The notes under the pieces were generated by a model that saw nothing but the letters and a program-made list of their open reading frames with translations, ran no database searches and had not been told where the DNA came from. Position numbers and translations under genes: made by a program. DNA of 64,000 nucleotides. Origin: Octopus vulgaris (taxonomy: Eukaryota). Positions 14,452 through 29,325 of the stretch are shown piece after piece (position 1 is the stretch's first letter; each line of letters begins with the position of its first letter). The DNA lies in NCBI GenBank assembly GCA_951406725.2, contig OX597818.1, forward strand, positions 66,402,001 through 66,466,000. Reading direction: 5' to 3'.

Positions 14452-15025
14452 CAGTATTTCGTCTGCCGTTATGTTCTGACTTCTAATTCCGCACAGGTCG
14501 ACTTTGCCTTTCATCCTTTCGGGTCGACAAATAAAGTACCAGTTACGCACTGGAGTCGATGTAATCGACTTAATTCCTTTGTCTGTCCTTCTTTGTCCCT
14601 TCTATGTTTATCCCCCTGTTGGCTATAAAGAAATAAGACACATTAGCACGGCGGCCGAAATGCTTAGCGGTATTTCGTCTGCCATTACGTTCTGAGTTCA
14701 AATTCCGCCGAGGTCGACTTTTGAACTCGACCTAATTCTTTCGGGGTCGATAAATTAAGTACCTGTTACGCACTGGGGTTGATGTAATCGACTTAATCCC
14801 TTTGTCTGTCCTTGTTTGTAAATTCTGTGTTTAGCCCCTTGTGGGTAGTAAAGAAATAGGTATTTCGTCTGCCGTTATATTCTGAGTTCAAGTTCCGCCG
14901 AGGTTGACTTTGCCTTTCATCCTCTCGGAGTCGATAAATTAATTACCAGTTGCGTACTGGTGTCGATCTTATCGACTAATCCCCTCCTTCAAAATTTAGG
15001 GCATTGTGCCTAGACTAGAAAATAA
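14452..15025 (+). mobile_element. Three head-to-tail SINE family B copies
   Basis: Repeated GAGTTCAAATTC B-box and GGTCGACTTTGCCTTTCATCCTTTCGGGGTCGATAAATTAAGTACC core (from memory, resembles the MetaSINE central domain). Confidence 0.85.
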
Positions 15026-16554
15026 TATCTTCGTTTTAAAATAAAAAAATAACTGATTTGGTGTCTATCGTGAATCGTATCATATACATGCATTCTGTAC
15101 GATGCTCCATCGTTTCATTTCTAATGCCACACAATTCTTTCGATCTTCCAGAATTATGGTAACTCTCCTAAAATGATTTTCATCGATATGGTAACACCCA
15201 AATCTTACACAACACAAATATCCTTAATCGCAAATCTGGTTTTTCTTCGCATTTCATTGCATTAGAGACAAAAAATTAAACCTGCAAAATTTTTAAAAGC
15301 TAGGTAACTTTGAAAGACACATCTTTACTATCATACAAGTAAAAAATATATAATAAAAAATGAGAAAAATTCACGTCCATATGTAAAGGAGCAAGCTACA
15401 TCCATGCTTTACACCCTTAAAACATTCACTCTTCGAGAAGAACGGATTCTCTGTTCTTTCCCTTATCTTATTCCACTCTCTTAAAAGTTGATTTATGATC
15501 AGATTCTGGGAAGTGACACGAAACTCTTCTCGCACGTAAGTCCTCGTCACTATCACCACGCAACTGAACTGTCGGCGTGAACGATCAGTTAGGAAATATA
15601 TTCTAATATATTATGCTAGGATGATATTCTGTTTTTTTTTATATATAACTGAAAGGAAGCTCTATTTAGTGTAAGATACAATATAAATAGAACAGTAAAA
15701 TAGATTGCTTTATAACTGATACAAGTGTATACATATTCGACTAAAATATCTTGGTTAATATTGATGCCACAAGGCAGAAATTACTTCTTAAGTAGTATTT
15801 TAAAAGCACAACTAAACACAACGATGGGTTAATAATATCCCAATAAATGTTGAAAAGAAATATGTTACTTTGTTTGCTGTGTAATAATTCAACTAAAAAG
15901 ATAATAATAATAATAATAATAATGATAGCATCAGTTACATTAATTCGTATTATCATTCTTGACACAAAATTTAGCCCATATCTATTGCAAGGTGAGTGTA
16001 TGGAGTGTACAATGTCCTGATCCCTTTAACTTCACCGTCAGAACTTGATTTGTATTCAAGACATTATATATCTGGTCATGCATGTAAATAATATTTGCAT
16101 CTACACTAGGTTTGCTCTCATAAAAATGACAAAATAAATGATAATACACTTAGTTTTATTTGTTATAACAAACTTAAGCATCTCAGACAAAACTTTCTCT
16201 GCAAATATAGAGGTTATCAACTTTCATTAACTGCTTATAAATAACGATTTATGTGTTTTTTACACGTATTTACCCAAGAGCTAAACTTGACATAACAAAT
16301 TGGAAAGAAAATATATCAAATTATGTGGACAGAAAATTAAGTTTGCATTTCGTTTAACTCTTTTTCTCCACTCACATAGACATAACTTTTAGTAGTTACA
16401 CATAACACGGAGTCAGGAATACTGGGAAGACTTAACACAAAGGGATTCAGGCATAGCCGTGCACACGCCGCGCACACACATACGCACACATGCACACACG
16501 CGCGCGCACACACACACACAAACAAACATGCATAGACTGGAAAATGTACACATG

Positions 16555-16619
<65 letters not shown>

Positions 16620-16813
16620 ACCACACACAATCACTGAATATATTTCCTAAATCCACTGCTGTACGTATATTGCAGAACATTTATTCAAGTGAAGACGCCA
16701 ATGTGGCTGACAGCTCGAGACATGAGAACGGAATCTATATTATGTAAATCTTGTATACTAAAACATGTTAAGTGAATACAGTTTCTCGTTATGAGGTAAA
16801 ACGTATTTTAAGC

Positions 16814-16853
<40 letters not shown>

Positions 16854-16869
16854 GTGTACCGTTTTTTAT

Positions 16870-17268
16870 ATATTTCAGTCATTAGAATGCGGCCATGCTA
16901 GAGAACCTCCTTTAGTCGAAAAAATCGCCCCAGGACTTATTCTTTGTAAACCTGGTATATATTCCATCTTCCATTTGCCGAACCGCTAGGTTACGGTGAC
17001 AGAAACACAAGAACATTGGTTGTCAAGCGATGGTGGGGGAGGGGAGAAACAAAAACGCACCCAACTACACAACTACACAAATACACACACAGACAAACAT
17101 ATATATATATTTATACGACGTGCTTCTTTCAGTTTCCGTCTACCAAACCCACTTACAAGTGTTTAGTCGGCCCGAGGCTATAGTAGAAGACACCTGCCCA
17201 TGGTGCCACGCAGTGGAATTGAATGATGTGGTTAGTCAGCAACCTATTTACCACACAACCACACCTGT
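16870..17268 (-). mobile_element. SINE family A
   Basis: Near full-length reverse-complement match to 61372-61770. Confidence 0.85.
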
Positions 17269-17354
17269 ATATATACATACACACACACACACACACATAC
17301 AAACACACATATATATGTGTATATATATATACATACATGTATATATATATATAT

Positions 17355-17830
17355 TTTCATCTAACCTCCCCCCGACTCCTACTTCTCTTCAGTCCTTCAT
17401 CCTTTTACCCCTACTCTCTTTCCCTCCTCTTCCCTTCTTTCCCTTCTACCCTCTTCTTCTTTCTTCTTTCTTCTTCCCTCTTCCCCCTCTCTCTTTCTCT
17501 CTGCTCCCTGATTCCTCTTATCTCCCCCTCCCCTCCTCTCCATCTCCCCTCATTTCCCCTTCCCTCCCCCTCATTCTCCTCATTTCCTTCCTTCTCCTCT
17601 CCCTCCTCCTCCTCCACTCCACTCATTTATCCCTCCCCTCCTCCTCTCATCCCCTCCTCTATCTTCTCTCCCCCTCTCACTCTCCCCACAACCCCCCTCT
17701 ACCCAACCCTCTCACTCTCCCCACAACCCCCTCTACCCAACCCTCTCACTCTCCCCACAACCCCCCTCTACCCAACCCTCTAGCCGAACCCACACCCCAC
17801 ATGGGCTTTCCCCACTCTCGCCCCCACCTC
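17355..17830. repeat. Polypyrimidine tract containing a ~35-bp tandem repeat (about 3 copies, ~17671-17781)
   Basis: CCCTCTCACTCTCCCCACAACCCCC(C)TCTACCCAA repeated. Confidence 0.85.
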
Positions 17831-17959
17831 CCCACAATATCACACCACACTACACTACACCATACGACATTACACATCACATCATAGATACATTCACACG
17901 TCCAGACCACCAGCCCTCTTCCACATGCACATACATACTCTCTTATGCACACACGCACC

Positions 17960-18272
17960 TTCATGTTGGGGCGAGGTCACTTGACTCTGTTATCTCCCCT
18001 ACTATTCCTCTAGCGTCTAACGTCTGACCTCTGATTTCTGACTTCTGCCTGAAATCAGAACGCCATGTTGGATCGTTAGCCCCTACACGCAATTTTTTTT
18101 TCTCTCCTAGTTTCCCTCCTTGTTTCTTTTCTGTGTATCTTTCTGTCGAAGAACGTAGGCTCGAAACGTAAAAGACTTGTTTTATTTCTATTCCTGAGCG
18201 CCATACTAATACATTGTTTGTTTGCACTCCACCTGCCTTCGTCTTTTGTTTATTTTCGTAAAACTTCCCGTT
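17960..18272 (+). mobile_element. Penelope-like element 3' end/pLTR with hammerhead-like motif
   Basis: TCTTT-CTGTCGA-AGAAC GTAG GCTC-GAAACGTA-AAAGA at 18138-18175; related termini at 29160-29255 (+) and 6370-6460 (-). Confidence 0.6.
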
Positions 18273-19944
18273 ATATATATATATATATATATATATATGC
18301 ATACGTAGGCAAGTCGAAACTTACAAATAACAAAAGAGAAGAGTGAAAAGTACTTGCACATGGAAAACGCTAATTTTGCGATGAAACGAAGAGGAGAGAC
18401 CCGGGAGAGGATTAAATGCTCTAAAACAGCATCCACACTGTTTTAGGGCATTTAGTGTGGATAAATGGCTGAAGTGTGGATAAATGGCTGAAGAGCCTCA
18501 AACAAGGGAGCACAAGTATCAGTCAGAACATTTAGTGATGAAATGAAATATGCTCCCCACCCCCGCAAAAAACTATGTTGGAATCTTATGAACACCAAAA
18601 CAGAAAACCCCCATTTTGTGATTTTATTTTCATTCACTCCAAACTACTATGGTGACTTGTCAGAAATCTATTTTTCCTGCTGATATCTTCCAAAATACTA
18701 GTGACATCGATTTGCAACACTTGCGTATGTTTTTTCCACCGATTTTAACATAATTCATTTAATATCTCTGAGTGTTTGCGATAATTCCTCTCCATGTATG
18801 TAGAAAGTTGTTTAACGATCACGACATTCATGAAGATCGCGAGTTACAGAGATTCTTTCTTACTTTTAATCCGATTTCTCAAATAAAGATGATGTAATTT
18901 TCTCGTACACATTAGAGTGCTGAAAGTTAAATATAAAAAGCAAAGCGCGGCTCCTACAAAGGAAAATTATGTCAGAGATGATATTGACGTGTAGAAATAA
19001 TGAACAATTATATTTAAATGAAACTAACAGTAAGGGATTAATCGCAAAGTATATAAATATACAGAAAGTATTTTATATATTATAGTCTAATGAATATATA
19101 TGAGAAAATGTAAACTTGCACGGATGATAAACATCAATTCTATAAACACACAAACGGCGCAGCATATATAAAATCAAATAAGATATCATTCCAGGCAAGT
19201 TTCAATGTAAATAATTTGTTTTCTAGAATACAGCACAAACACACGTCATTGTTGAATATCTTCGTTAAACCGTGACATAGACACGCGATATTAGCAAGCA
19301 ATAAAGATTATCGCTGTAATTATGTCGTCCGCTTTTTCGCTGGAAACAACATCGTCAGTATGATTTTAGTTATCAGCTCTTTATCAGCATTTAATCACGA
19401 TCATTCTCTCTCTGCTCTCGTGTAACAATGAAAAGGGTAATGTTAGTTCGCGATATTATTAGGAAACGCTTAAATTGATAAAATAAATACATTTCAAACG
19501 AACATTTTCTTCCTGATTTCCGTTCAGTTGTTTTGCAACTTTCATTAGATTTCTTCATGTATTCGCTTCAAACAGAAATATATGATGTCGATAAATTATA
19601 GCAGGAAACACTGACTTCACTCTGTCGATTAAGACCAATCATTACGACACATTAAATTTAGATACACTTTCAGCCGTACGCTTTATATCTTTTTATCACA
19701 AAATTGCAATAATCTGTTTGTGTCTTAATAATGATCTACACAATTATTCTTTTCTTTCTGAAGGTGTCACATTCTTTTCAATGCTTTTGAATATCTTAGA
19801 ATATAAAATATGACATTATCAATAATCTTCTCAATTTATAAGGGACACAATTGAAGTAAGCAAAATAGATTATCATTATCCGAACACGGTTCACAGAATT
19901 GAAATCGACTTCTTAGTTTTCATGCAGTGACCATCAGAATCATC

Positions 19945-20090
19945 GTCATCAACAACAACAATAATGAAGATAATAATATGATGATGACGATGACGATGCC
20001 GACGAAGATGATGATGATGATGATGATGGTGGTAACAATAATAATAATAATAATGATAATAATAATAATAATAATAACAATAACAACAAC

Positions 20091-20175
<85 letters not shown>
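19945..20175. repeat. (GAT)n/(AAT)n microsatellite
   Basis: Directly visible. Confidence 0.95.
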
Positions 20176-20176
<1 letters not shown>

Positions 20177-20589
20177 ATGGATTACTACACCAGGATCTCC
20201 ATTAAAAGACAAACCTAATCATGGGTGGAATGGGATAAAGGAACCTGTGGAAGACTTGAAGGAAACGGTCTTTTAACCAAAATAATCATAAAAACGAAAT
20301 TTTATAACCATAAAAAGCACAGTTCCTTCTATGCACGATGTCTCAGTGAAGCATGTGCGAAATAGACAAATGAAATCAACACCGGAATGGTAAACAATTA
20401 TGAAAATATAAATAGAACAAAACAGTACGTACATAAATTGAATGATTACGCATACACTCGAATGTCTACATTTTATATACATTTTAATAACCATACGACT
20501 ACACATACATCCCAATGTTTACACAACTACGTGAAACATTGTCAGATGTTTGACGTTAAACAGTTGAGCCTATATCCCTTACTGGCTGA

Positions 20590-20970
20590 TGATATGTGCA
20601 TCTCAGGAAACGAGCAGAAGTAGTGGGGGAGCATCATAACCATGTGTTGAAAGGAATTCTTTGGCGTTTGGATAATTCACCTCTCGAAACAAAGGGTGTT
20701 CCGTTAAACATCCTTAAACACACCTTATTCAGGGATCGTTTGAACAGGTTGGAGTATTCGACCTGAAGAAAATTCTAACAGGGCGCCACCAGGAAGATCT
20801 TGCGCTGATAATCTTGATATGAGATCACCATGCCTCGCACACGTGGTTGTGATACATGTGCCTGGTTTAATCTTATCAGACGGGTAGTTATGATGTGTAA
20901 ACTGGACTTCGTATATTTCTACCAGTGTCACTTCTGTGGCAAGCACTGCTCTCTCACTCATTAATTATAA
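20590..20970 (+). repeat. Interspersed repeat, same family as 3040-3385
   Basis: Internal homology; ends in a TAA/GAT array. Confidence 0.65.
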
Positions 20971-21050
20971 TAATAATGATGATGATGATGATGACGATGA
21001 CGACGATGATGATGATGATGATAATAATAATAAACATAACAATAATAGAA

Positions 21051-21346
21051 ATTACCTGGAAATAGAGGTAACTAGAATATGGAATTTAAAAACAGAAACA
21101 ATTCCTATCATTATAGGTGTATGGGACATGATAACAGAATATTCAGACAAATACGTAACAAAAACACCAGGACTTGCAAACACATATAACATACAGAAAA
21201 TTGTACTACTGGGCACTGCACACATTCTACGCAAAACACTTTCAATACAGTAACCATCAAAGCAGCACAACAAATCACAACACATACCCAAGGCACACAG
21301 AGCTGCACTTGGTAGTGAAGTGAAAGCACGATATAAAAAAATTCTG
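21051..21346 (+). mobile_element. 5'-truncated R4/Dong LINE 3' end
   Basis: LEIEVTRIWNLKTETIPIIIG..IQKIVLLGTAHILRKTLSIQ* plus 3' UTR matching 38590-38883; flanked by AAT repeats. Confidence 0.9.
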
Positions 21347-21364
21347 AATAATAATAATAATAAC

Positions 21365-21475
<111 letters not shown>

Positions 21476-21489
21476 GATGATGATAAGCC

Positions 21490-21790
21490 CGCTACTAATG
21501 CCAGACTCTAGGAGCTACTACAAAACCTGTGATAAAGATGCAACAATAAAAATAATAATCTTCGAAATATGTGAGCAACGGCTAACCAACCAGGCAAAGA
21601 CAATAAAAGCAAAAGATGGTTAATAGACATGGAAATTGAAGAAAATAGATATACTACGACAACAACAGATAACGTGCCAAGCGAGGCCAGAGAAATGAAT
21701 GGCAGCAGTAAAGACGTAGACCAAAGTGTTAATGTAAATACACGGTCAGGAAATGAAGCAGAAGTAATGGGAAGGGCTATCGTATACGAT
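21490..21790 (+). pseudogene. R4/Dong-type LINE N-terminal fragment, different subfamily
   Basis: FEICEQRLTNQAKTIK..RWLIDMEIEE resembles the R4 N-terminal EQRLxxQ motif. Confidence 0.5.
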
Positions 21791-23203
21791 GACTTCTGAA
21801 GCTACAAAATGTATCCAATGTCTTTTCCGCTGAGGTAAACTTTCCTGGATCTCCTGAATTGCAATAACAAAGAGCTGACTTGTCACACTTTTTTTTTGAT
21901 TTTCACAATGTCGTGAAAAGTAGGATATGATTCTTACTTTGGTTGCGGGGTCATGGCCATATCCCTCTATTCATTACCTTTTGAAAGAGTTTGCGATTTC
22001 CCCGTTACAATCAAGGAGATCCTACACAGCTAATGCCTGATTTTCTTTTCCAGGCGACCACTGTCTACACGCTTTACTTTCAAGCATTGCTAGAAACCAC
22101 AGAATTGAGTGAAAAGATCTTAACTTTATGTACATAAGCGACTGACGTCAAGATCAAACTGTACCAAATGACTTCTCATTGCGTATATTAGCTCTGCTGC
22201 CATAGCAACAGTCCCGATATTAGTTTGATCAGACTTGTACACATTGAACTTCCAAAAAGTTCCTATTTAAAATATTACTTTCATAAATCTAAAATTTTGA
22301 AGGTACTGCTAAGTAAAACTTCCCTTAGAGTCAAGGATTGCTTTCAACATATAAGTTTAATCCTTTTGGCAACGACATTCTTTCTGGAATATTTCGGTCT
22401 ATATCATCTCTAGAAATTTTAATTTTTCTTTGAACGAAATAGAGTTGTTCAGATCTTGTCGATAGAGAGATTATAAGCACTGCACTGTCTTCTAATTTTT
22501 AGTGTTCAATGAACAATATATTTTGTTTCCATTTTAGTAATATATTTGAAACTCTTCCAGAAGCATTTACGTTTAATAAACCATAAAATATAAAGACTTT
22601 TCATGAAAGAGTTAATATTTAGTTAGAATATAAGTCTTGGAAAGTGGTACTCCATATGCAGACTACTATAATAAATTGATTTTCTATGGAACTGAAGCAA
22701 CTTCATGGCTATTTGATGTGCTGTATGTAGTACTGACGAAAAGCAATAAATCTAGAAATATGCATATACACTCTTTTTCCATCTTCCGTCGCATCGTTTG
22801 CATTGACATATTCGTATACGAAAGGCCATAACATTAAATATTGAGTTAAATTTCTAACAAAAATTAGTTGAGATAAACTTATATATATATATATTTACAT
22901 ATATATAATCACATATATATATACATGTCGATTAAAGAGCTATTAAAATGTCTGATGTTTTTAAACATTTTTTCAACGCAATTTTAATTTTATAAGATAT
23001 GAGAAAATAATCTCAATGGAATCTCAGAGAACGATGGAATTAAAGAGTATTGTCTTTGTCATGTATAATTGTATGTAGATATTTTGAGATGTCGTTCTCA
23101 TCTTGATGTAAATTGAAAATTGAAAAATCTCAACTAAAAAACTTGAAAAGTTGTCAAATATTATTTAGAAAAGATTTTCAACATAAGTAATGTTTAATAC
23201 AAT

Positions 23204-23493
23204 TTCGACTTCGTTGTTCCGTAGGAAACGACGTTACGACCATCTTAAAATCAAGAGGACGCGTCCTCTAAATGATTATTCAATGTCATGTGTACGCAAT
23301 GGCCTTCCTGCAATAGTAATCCCTGGAGGATGCTTCCACACGCTGGTTATTTGTTTCTCCTTGCCCCCACCCCAATATATGTTGCTTGCAATATATATTG
23401 AATACAAATATAATCGAATAACCAGCTTGAGGGGCCTTCATTCTGAGTATCCAATGGTAGTGACGTCGTTTTCTACGGAATTGCCAAGTTGAA
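23204..23493. repeat. ~40-bp imperfect inverted repeat pair (MITE-like)
   Basis: Arms 23204-23243 and 23454-23493 share TTCCGTAGxAAACGACGTxACxACCAT. Confidence 0.7.
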
Positions 23494-23821
23494 CGCACGA
23501 TGACATTACGTCTCAGTATTGTTACTCTCATCTTTTATAGAAATTTCCAAATCTTAAAGATATTTTCCCCTATGCCGACATATTCTGATCAAAGTGTGGA
23601 TATTCTCTAAACCCCATGCTTTTGTGTACCTTCCAAATATCTGGTAACTTGGACAAGGGTTTTTTAGAACAGTCTCGATCCGACCAATCGTTGCCAGTTG
23701 ATTTGGTTGGTGGAAACTGAAAGAATCCCATCGTAAATATATATACATACGCGCACATATAGTACACTGATGCGCGCCTGTGTGTACACATATGCACACA
23801 CACACATACACACACACACAG

Positions 23822-23879
<58 letters not shown>

Positions 23880-23882
23880 ATA

Positions 23883-24247
<365 letters not shown>

Positions 24248-25118
24248 TATACATGTGTGTGTGTGTGTGCACGTTTAGCAATTTCTGTTGCATGGTTCCT
24301 GAAGTGAAATCGTGTGTTAAAAAAGGTATTGCTCTATTTGGAGAGGAACATTTTATTTTTGGCAAATAAACACATGCGCTCTGTATTTGTTTTTCACTGG
24401 TTTGTTACACTTCTTATTGTAACTCATCTCCCTTGTACGGAGATCTATCTTCACACACAGATGTGTGAGGATATATAAAGTGCATGGGATTATTTGGCAA
24501 AATATAAATGTGTGTGTCTGTGTATATGTGCTTGTCTATGCATGTTTGTGTCTATGTTTGTTCTAGTGGTTCGGTAAAAGTGATCGATATAGTAAATACA
24601 ATGCTTAGCAAAAAGCATCATTCGACTATTCCGAAGCTCCTGACGAGTTCGGCCTTCTGCCTTTTTGTTTGCCTTCGGGTATTGCACCCACAAACATACA
24701 TTCGATTGAAAATTCTTCAATGCGTTGCCACAGCATGGCCTCACTCTAACAACTGAAACTAGTGAAAGTTTCAAAGATAAATTAAGGTTTCCGTCATAAA
24801 ATCGCTGCAATCTCAAAACCGTGCTGTTACCATGGGAACTTAAATTAAATTAAATATATATTCCGTATATTACCATCTAGGAAAAGGAGATTTATGGTTT
24901 TAAATTAAGAAGAGTTTCAGAAGGATTTATTTGGTGAATGTGAGGAATATATTCTCATTTGCATGTTTTATCGAATACATATTTTCAGAGCTGGCAATTA
25001 CCTCTAAATTATTTGCGATTATTAAATTTATACCTTAACATAAATAAGGAAAGTTGCAGTTATGAATAATATATAGAGAGAAATAGACAAACAGCAATGT
25101 ATACAGAGATGAAAGACA

Positions 25119-25340
25119 TACGAAGTTGATCAATAAGTATCCGGACTGTTGCCATAGCAACTGAAATCAAGTACGCAGAGTGAAGCTGCTGGGCAGAAAT
25201 TAGCCTTGTACTTTGCTGTACATGCGCATCACGTTATAAGGTTCTAGCACACATCATTGCAAGCACTGCTTTAAACAACGGAAATGAGCAAGAACCTTAA
25301 AATTTAGTGAGCATTCACAGCAGAGTGCATGGTCAATTTC
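25119..25340 (+). mobile_element. Mariner-like terminal fragment
   Basis: TACGAAGTTGATCAATAAGTATCCGGACTGTTGC matches the reverse complement of ~22200-22241. Confidence 0.5.
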
Positions 25341-26776
25341 TGCCAAGTAGCTTTACTTTGCGTGCTTTAGCTTCATTACTATACCAACAGACTGTATACA
25401 TATTGGTCAGACAAATTATACACCTTTTAGCAAACACACACAAAAATCTTCCGTTCCAACATCCCGTTTTACAGCCTTCGACTGTGACTCTAATATAATC
25501 TGCAGTCTTTAATGTTGCCTTGCACTCCTTCCCACTTTCAAACAATCTTACTTTCTATTCGAACCTTCATTTCTATCAAGATACCTCCAAAACATTCCAG
25601 TTCCTTTATCCCACTACCCCATGGTCATTTTACACTGTACATGCTACATAATTATTCCTACATTCGTTGATTAAATTTTCACCTTTCCTTACTATTTGGT
25701 TATTATTTTATTTTTGTGGTTTCAAAGACGTTCACAGCAAAATATTTCATTTTCTTATTTGTCTTACATTTCCCGTTTCGTTTTCATTTATTTTCACAAA
25801 TTTTCTCGTCTCTAAATTTATCCCTTCTTTGCAACGTTATACCATACCATATAAATCATAATTCATGCTTGATCATCTCCTCCTTCACTTCACATAATAT
25901 ATCATAATATAATATAATAAAACATAATATATTGTACAATATCTAATGTATATACAATATATGTGTGTGTGCGTGTGCATAAATGTCAAATACCAGATAG
26001 ATAAGTGTTTTTTGCGCTTCCTCTTTTACTTGGGAAAAACTCAGTAAAATACATAAGGTGAAAGATATGTGCAGAATATTCTTTAGTAGTAAAAGAATGA
26101 TGAATTATCTATGCTATATGTACTATTTATATCATCACTGTTAACAGATTCCACTTACTTCCGACCAGTTAATAATTCAATCCATCCGTGACAATTTGAA
26201 CGTAGCGGCAGTGATATACTTATTGTGTTCTGATTGAATTTGTATATATTATCACATTCCAGAAACACCTGCTAATTGGTACAGTTTCGATATTATTAGT
26301 GCAGAGATAATGCAATCTTCTTTTCATGCACTTAATATATTGAGACCGAGTCTATCATTCCTCATTATAGTTATCCGCCAATTAAGAACTGATCATAAAC
26401 AAGTATGCTCCAATATTCTCCAGACATGTCATTTCATAGTTACCGGACATTTTAATGAATACAAGTGACACTTGAATAAAACTGTAGCGTACATTACATA
26501 GGAATATCACACTTAATGTGAGGATATTAATCCTATTATCTAGTGCAGATGTCTCTCAAACTAATATTAGATTCTCTTACGATCACGTTTGCTTATATGC
26601 ATTGGATTTTCGACACCTAGCCATGAATAATGTTTTAGAAGGTAAATTTCATTACCAAGAGAGCGCATATATGTAAGCCAAATATTAAAAAAAATCATAC
26701 TTGGTGTGACTCGTCCTTTTCATTCAGCCACTGCTTGCAAAGTTCTAGATTATACAACAGGGAATAAATATGTTAA

Positions 26777-27375
26777 CCCTTTGACAACGATTGACGCAAA
26801 TATACGATCACACTTTTGCTTGCCTACCCGCGGTTAACGTAAATATACGATATAGAAATGCCATACATCTATCACGGACTTTTTAGCGGCTGACGTATGT
26901 TTACGTTCGCTTTCGTTTACTTTATCGCTTGAGGTGCGCGCACTCGCCGTCCCGTGCATTTTCTTAGCTATTTTATGTTACGTTCAAATTATGACACTAG
27001 TAGTAGACCAATTACATGCGGATACATTACATGCATATGCGTTGGTACAGGAGGTATAAAAGTAACGGTTTCCAGCGAAAACGCATCATAATTCAAAATA
27101 TCTTCAAATCAAGTTCTGCGTTCGCGCTTCGGCCCTCCATCATCGAATTTACGTTCGTCATCGCACTCGACAAAAACTGCGGCAAGAAACTCGTTGTCGC
27201 GTCAAATGTCCGCACGACTGACACCTACGTCAACTCGTTCGACGTCAACTCGCTCGTCGTCAACTCACTCACCATCGCGTCAATCATCCGCTCGACCGAC
27301 ACCTACACGAGAAACTGAGCCACGACCTCGTACTTCCGGTGTCGCTACAGCTGCTGCGGAAGCCGGTGATACTCT
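26777..27375 (+). mobile_element. piggyBac-like left end with CpG-rich S/T/R low-complexity ORF
   Basis: TTAA|CCCTTT terminus at 26773-26782; repeated subterminal TGACGxAxATATACG-like motifs; no catalytic domain seen. Confidence 0.5.
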
Positions 27376-27960
27376 TTCAGCCATTGAAACCAGGGGCTTG
27401 TGTGCATGCAGGGGGATGGTACTGATGAAACAAGGGCATTTTCATTAGTTTTCCTGAGTGTTGGCATTTAGTAACTGCCTCTGCCTCTGCCATTAGACAT
27501 AAGACTCGCCATTTATTGCGTGGTTATTTTGAAGATATTCCTAAACACAATGCCATCTGCATTCCCCCAAAACTGAGGCCACCCCCATGAATGAAGTTGA
27601 AATGACGTTAGCCTTTATTGTAGCAGGCGCATAGAGGTTAACCGAACACCCATCCTGAAAGAGGTAAAGTTCAAGGAAACCAGCTGGATACGCTTCAAAC
27701 AATGTCAGCTTTTCCTGTGATATGATGAGCACGGTACACTTTTGGTCAAGTGTCAGAATCTGTGGTGCCCACCCACCGGGAAATAATTTGTGTCATACCA
27801 AGTCCATTGTGCAGAATATTCTCAGCTCTCTCGAGGGATATACTATAACATTGGTCACTTGATTTATAGTAAATCTCCTTACATTCACCGTCATGTGGTA
27901 AACATGAGTAATGTTTTCCTCAGTCTTTTCATTAAATGTGCGAAACTGTGTATTAGCAAT
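27375..27960 (-). pseudogene. Mariner transposase internal fragment
   Basis: TEENITHV..RRFTINQV..ENILHNGLGMTQIISRWV..LTLFEAYPAGFLE..QDGC..EYLQNNHAINGESY..LFHQ. Confidence 0.8.
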
Positions 27961-29250
27961 TAGTCGATAACCGATGAAAAATTTGGAACCTTCTATTTTT
28001 ATCGCCCGTCCAATTTTACACTTACTATATGTTATGTTGTATGTTTATTTACAACGTACAAGACGTCCATAGCTAGATCATCGCCAAGACAATGTTCCTA
28101 TCCTAAATTCTTCTTCCCAAATTAGTATTGTTGCTAAAGTTGGAACGTTGTCCACTGGTGTAGGAATCATTTCAACATCAAAGTCCTGGAGAGGTAAGCC
28201 ATTTTACTACGCTTATAACTCTCCAGAACCATATTTTCTTTCTTTCATTCATTAGACAGCAGCTGCGTAATATAAGGGCTTTAGTTGAACGAACCCCACT
28301 TCTCAGTTATGCCGTTACTTGTTTTTAAACCTGGTTTTATTCCATCTTTTGGCGTATCAAGGATTACGGACACGTAAACAAACTTCTGACTCTTCAGAAC
28401 TGGCTTGTTCCCAAAATGTAGGCTAAGTGCAATAAATATTTAGGGAGAAAACAGGCAAATGTGTACAACAACAAAGACAAAAATGAAAACAGAAAAAAGA
28501 ACGGAGAAAGTGTTACACAATTATAAATACAAGAAACGAGAAAATAAAAACAGTTGTCTTTCGATTAATAGAGACGAAATAAGTTGAACTGGGGTGTATA
28601 GAAAGAAAACCTTGAGGTAGGAACATGGGAGATGAAAGACATTAGACAGGAATGCAAAGATGCTTGGCGGTCAGCAGTCAAGCTAAGAAAGAAAGATCAT
28701 GCCTGCCCAACGCCGGTCAGGTGGAAGGAAAGGAGAGAGGTAGGGGCAGAAGGGCTGAAGAATTAAGGGGAGAACGAAAAAACGAAAAACATGAAAGGGA
28801 CATAGAGAAGATATAAGGAAGATAATCGAGGAAAAGTAGGTATATTAAAGCGAGAGAAGGCCAAGGAAGCGAGAAGAAAAGAGGAAAGAAAGAAGAAAGC
28901 AGGGGGTGAAGGAAAGAATAAAAGAATGGTATAGTGACCTTGTTCGCATAGAAATATTTAATGCTCTTCGCTTAGATTTTTGTCTCGATTGAAACCGACC
29001 GAGACTGTAAGGATTATCTGGAAACTTGGCTGTAGAGAGAAGGTCACGGATGACCTGTCCCCTTTTTTGTCCTGTCCGATTTTGTATCGCCTATCTCTCT
29101 GGATGTTTTATTGCCGCCTGTTGCGTGCATTTTCAATTTTTTCGACCGCACTTCTCCCCTCTCTCTCTATTTATATGTATATATACTAATACTTCTGTTT
29201 GTTTTGTACACCACCTGTTTCGTCTTTTGTTTCTTTTTTTCATAAACTCT

Positions 29251-29325
<75 letters not shown>

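Noticed and set aside
17030-17887. 285-aa Pro/Leu/Ser-rich ORF
   Set aside because: Runs through an antisense SINE and a polypyrimidine tract
25380-25640. HIGQT, GIY-YIG-like remnant (similar hint near 50700-50770)
   Set aside because: Too short and degraded to call a Penelope endonuclease
28060-28200. Exon ending in GAG|GTAAGC
   Set aside because: Weak acceptor and unrecognised peptide; the minus strand loosely resembles a decayed mariner C-terminus
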